A program made the position numbers and the translations under genes. Shown here piece by piece: positions 62,631 to 64,000 of a DNA stretch of 64,000 nt. This DNA is from Laspinema olomoucense D3b (lineage in GTDB: Bacteria > Cyanobacteriota > Cyanobacteriia > Cyanobacteriales > Laspinemataceae). The stretch covers positions 107,902 to 171,901 of the forward strand of contig NZ_JAMXFA010000001.1 of assembly GCF_025370785.1 (NCBI RefSeq), read 5' to 3'. Numbering within the stretch: position 1 is the stretch's first letter; each line of letters opens with the position of its first letter. Under the pieces are notes generated by a model. That model did not search any database. It was not told where the DNA came from and worked only from the letters and a program-made list of their open reading frames with translations.

Positions 62631-62951
62631 CGTAGTAACGACTTCAGTCGTTTCCGCCTTACTGGCCTTTATACGGAATCCGGTTGTGATAGGTCTATAA
62701 AAACCTGCAGCGTCCAGCCCGGAGGCTACACAGACGTAGACGCGCTAGCGGCTTCGGTGAAGGGTAGCCCGAGAAGCGCGGGCTGAAGAGAAAACCGACT
62801 TTTAAAAACCGGATTTGGTATTACTCCAAGTAACGCGATCCTTAAAGAGGCGATCGCGCCAGTCCCCAAACAACAGGTACTTAATCCGCTCAGGGATAAG
62901 TGTCATGGCGTCCGCCATCACAAGAGAGCAACGACTGAAGTCGTTACTACG
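62631..62951. mobile_element. MITE (~321 bp) with perfect 22-bp terminal inverted repeats
   Basis: The left end cgtagtaacgacttcagtcgtt (62631-62652) and the right end aacgactgaagtcgttactacg (62930-62951) are exact reverse complements. The interior carries the core agcccgagaagcgcgggctgaagagaaaa shared with 7957-8163, and there is no plausible CDS inside. Confidence 0.55.
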
Positions 62952-63067
62952 AACAATCTCCTCAATCCTCCCTATAGCAGTCTGACCTGCACCTGGGAAC
63001 CGGGGGTGGGTATCAGTTTTTTGATTGAAATCCCCATTCATAAGACGGCCAAAGACTCTTCAATGGC

Positions 63068-63898
63068 TTAAGTGTCGTCATGGGCGTAACGACCATAGAG
63101 GAAGTCGAGGGCTTCGTTGCGTAAGTCGTAGTATTCCACCTGTTTCGTGAGTCGGGCGCGATCGCGGGGCCTGGGGAAGGGTAAGTCTAGGATTTCGCCA
63201 ATGCGGGCGGCGGGGCCGTTGGTCATCATGACGAGGCGATCGCCCAGGAAGAGGGCTTCGTCGATATCATGGGTAATCATGAGGATGGTGACTTTGTGAT
63301 CGGCCCAGATTCTTAAGAGTTCTTCTTGGAGTTCTTCCCGGGTGATGGGATCGAGGGCACCGAAGGGTTCGTCGAGAATGAGAACTTTGGGGCGCACGGC
63401 CAGGGCGCGGGCGATGGAGACTCGTTGTTTCATGCCTCCGGAGAGTTCTTTGGGTTTTTTGTCGGCAGCGTCACTCAATCCGACGAGTTCCAGATGTTCT
63501 CGCACGATCGCCGATTTCTCCCGTTGTTTGAGTTTGGGAAAGACGGAGTTGACGGCCAGCAAGATATTATCGTAGGCGCTTAGCCAGGGGAGGAGGGCGT
63601 AGTTTTGGAAGACCACCATGCGATCGGGACCGGGTTCCTCAATCCGTTGTCCTTCGAGGAACACTACTCCTTCACTGGGTTGACGGAAACCGGACACCAT
63701 ATCTAGGAGGGTCGATTTGCCACAGCCGGAGTGACCAATCAGGCAAATAAATTCTCCTTCGCGGATGGTGAGTTGGATGTTATCGAGAACGGGATAGGGA
63801 CCTTCTGGGGTGGCATAGGTTTTACTGAGACCGTCAATGACGAGGTAGGAGTCATTGGTGCTGTGGGGATGGCCGCTGGAGGTTGTTAAGGTTTGCAT
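63068..63898 (-). CDS. ABC transporter ATP-binding protein (NitT/TauT family, NrtD/CmpD-like)
   Basis: Walker A is GHSGCGKST, the ABC signature is LSGGMKQRVSIARAL, Walker B is ILILDEPFGALD, and an H-loop is present. The ORF is 276 aa. Confidence 0.85.
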   Translation of the reverse strand: MQTLTTSSGHPHSTNDSYLVIDGLSKTYATPEGPYPVLDNIQLTIREGEFICLIGHSGCGKSTLLDMVSGFRQPSEGVVFLEGQRIEEPGPDRMVVFQNYALLPWLSAYDNILLAVNSVFPKLKQREKSAIVREHLELVGLSDAADKKPKELSGGMKQRVSIARALAVRPKVLILDEPFGALDPITREELQEELLRIWADHKVTILMITHDIDEALFLGDRLVMMTNGPAARIGEILDLPFPRPRDRARLTKQVEYYDLRNEALDFLYGRYAHDDT

Positions 63899-63900
63899 GG

Positions 63901-63962
63901 GTTAAAGGGAAGGCAAAAGGCAAAAGGCAAAAGGCAAGAGGCAAGAGAAGGCAATAGGCAAT
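63901..63962. repeat. STRR-type heptamer array (GGCAAAA/GGCAAGA/GGCAATA)
   Basis: The sequence ggcaaaaggcaaaaggcaaaaggcaagaggcaagagaaggcaataggcaatagcc lies immediately upstream of the ABC ATPase start. Confidence 0.7.
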
Positions 63963-64000
63963 AGCCTGAGCGCAACGCTTGCCGGAATGCATCGCTTCGG

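Noticed and set aside
62604-63041. ORFs 62604-62786 (+) and 62802-63041 (-)
   Set aside because: They lie inside the TIR-bounded MITE and have no RBS or homology, so they are spurious.

Overview
This 64 kb window reads as a cyanobacterial chromosomal segment. The HIP1 palindrome GCGATCGC recurs dozens of times, ndhA-ndhI-ndhG-ndhE form an operon, psb27 is present, and the window also carries a WD40 Ser/Thr kinase, Uma2 and Rpn-family genes and STRR-like heptamer arrays. Most of the content is housekeeping: pnp, tpiA, folP, smpB, rpsU, moaC, gltA, nadK, gpmI, secG, ftsZ and three tRNAs (Ser-UGA, Ser-GCU, Arg-ACG). Accessory content sits between these genes. It comprises an SNF2 helicase, a GAF-GGDEF-EAL protein, three GHL10 (PF02638-like) paralogs, two small outer-membrane beta-barrel paralogs beside a beta-lactamase-like hydrolase and an NlpC/P60 peptidase, and AT-rich single-gene islets (acyltransferase-3, HAD hydrolase, a GHKL-N-box small protein). 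The most unusual feature is an 839-aa protein at 58898-61417 that fuses a cNMP-binding domain, a degenerate sigma-54-activator-like AAA+ domain and a NapH/MauN-like membrane polyferredoxin; ftsZ follows it 63 bp downstream. I also see two MITE-like elements with ~22-25 bp terminal inverted repeats and a shared internal core, solo copies of their TIR elsewhere, and a ~1.7 kb ORF-free region carrying an orphan intrinsic terminator that may mark an sRNA. No CRISPR array, rRNA or obvious prophage is present. All calls come from reading the sequence and ORF translations; no database search was possible.
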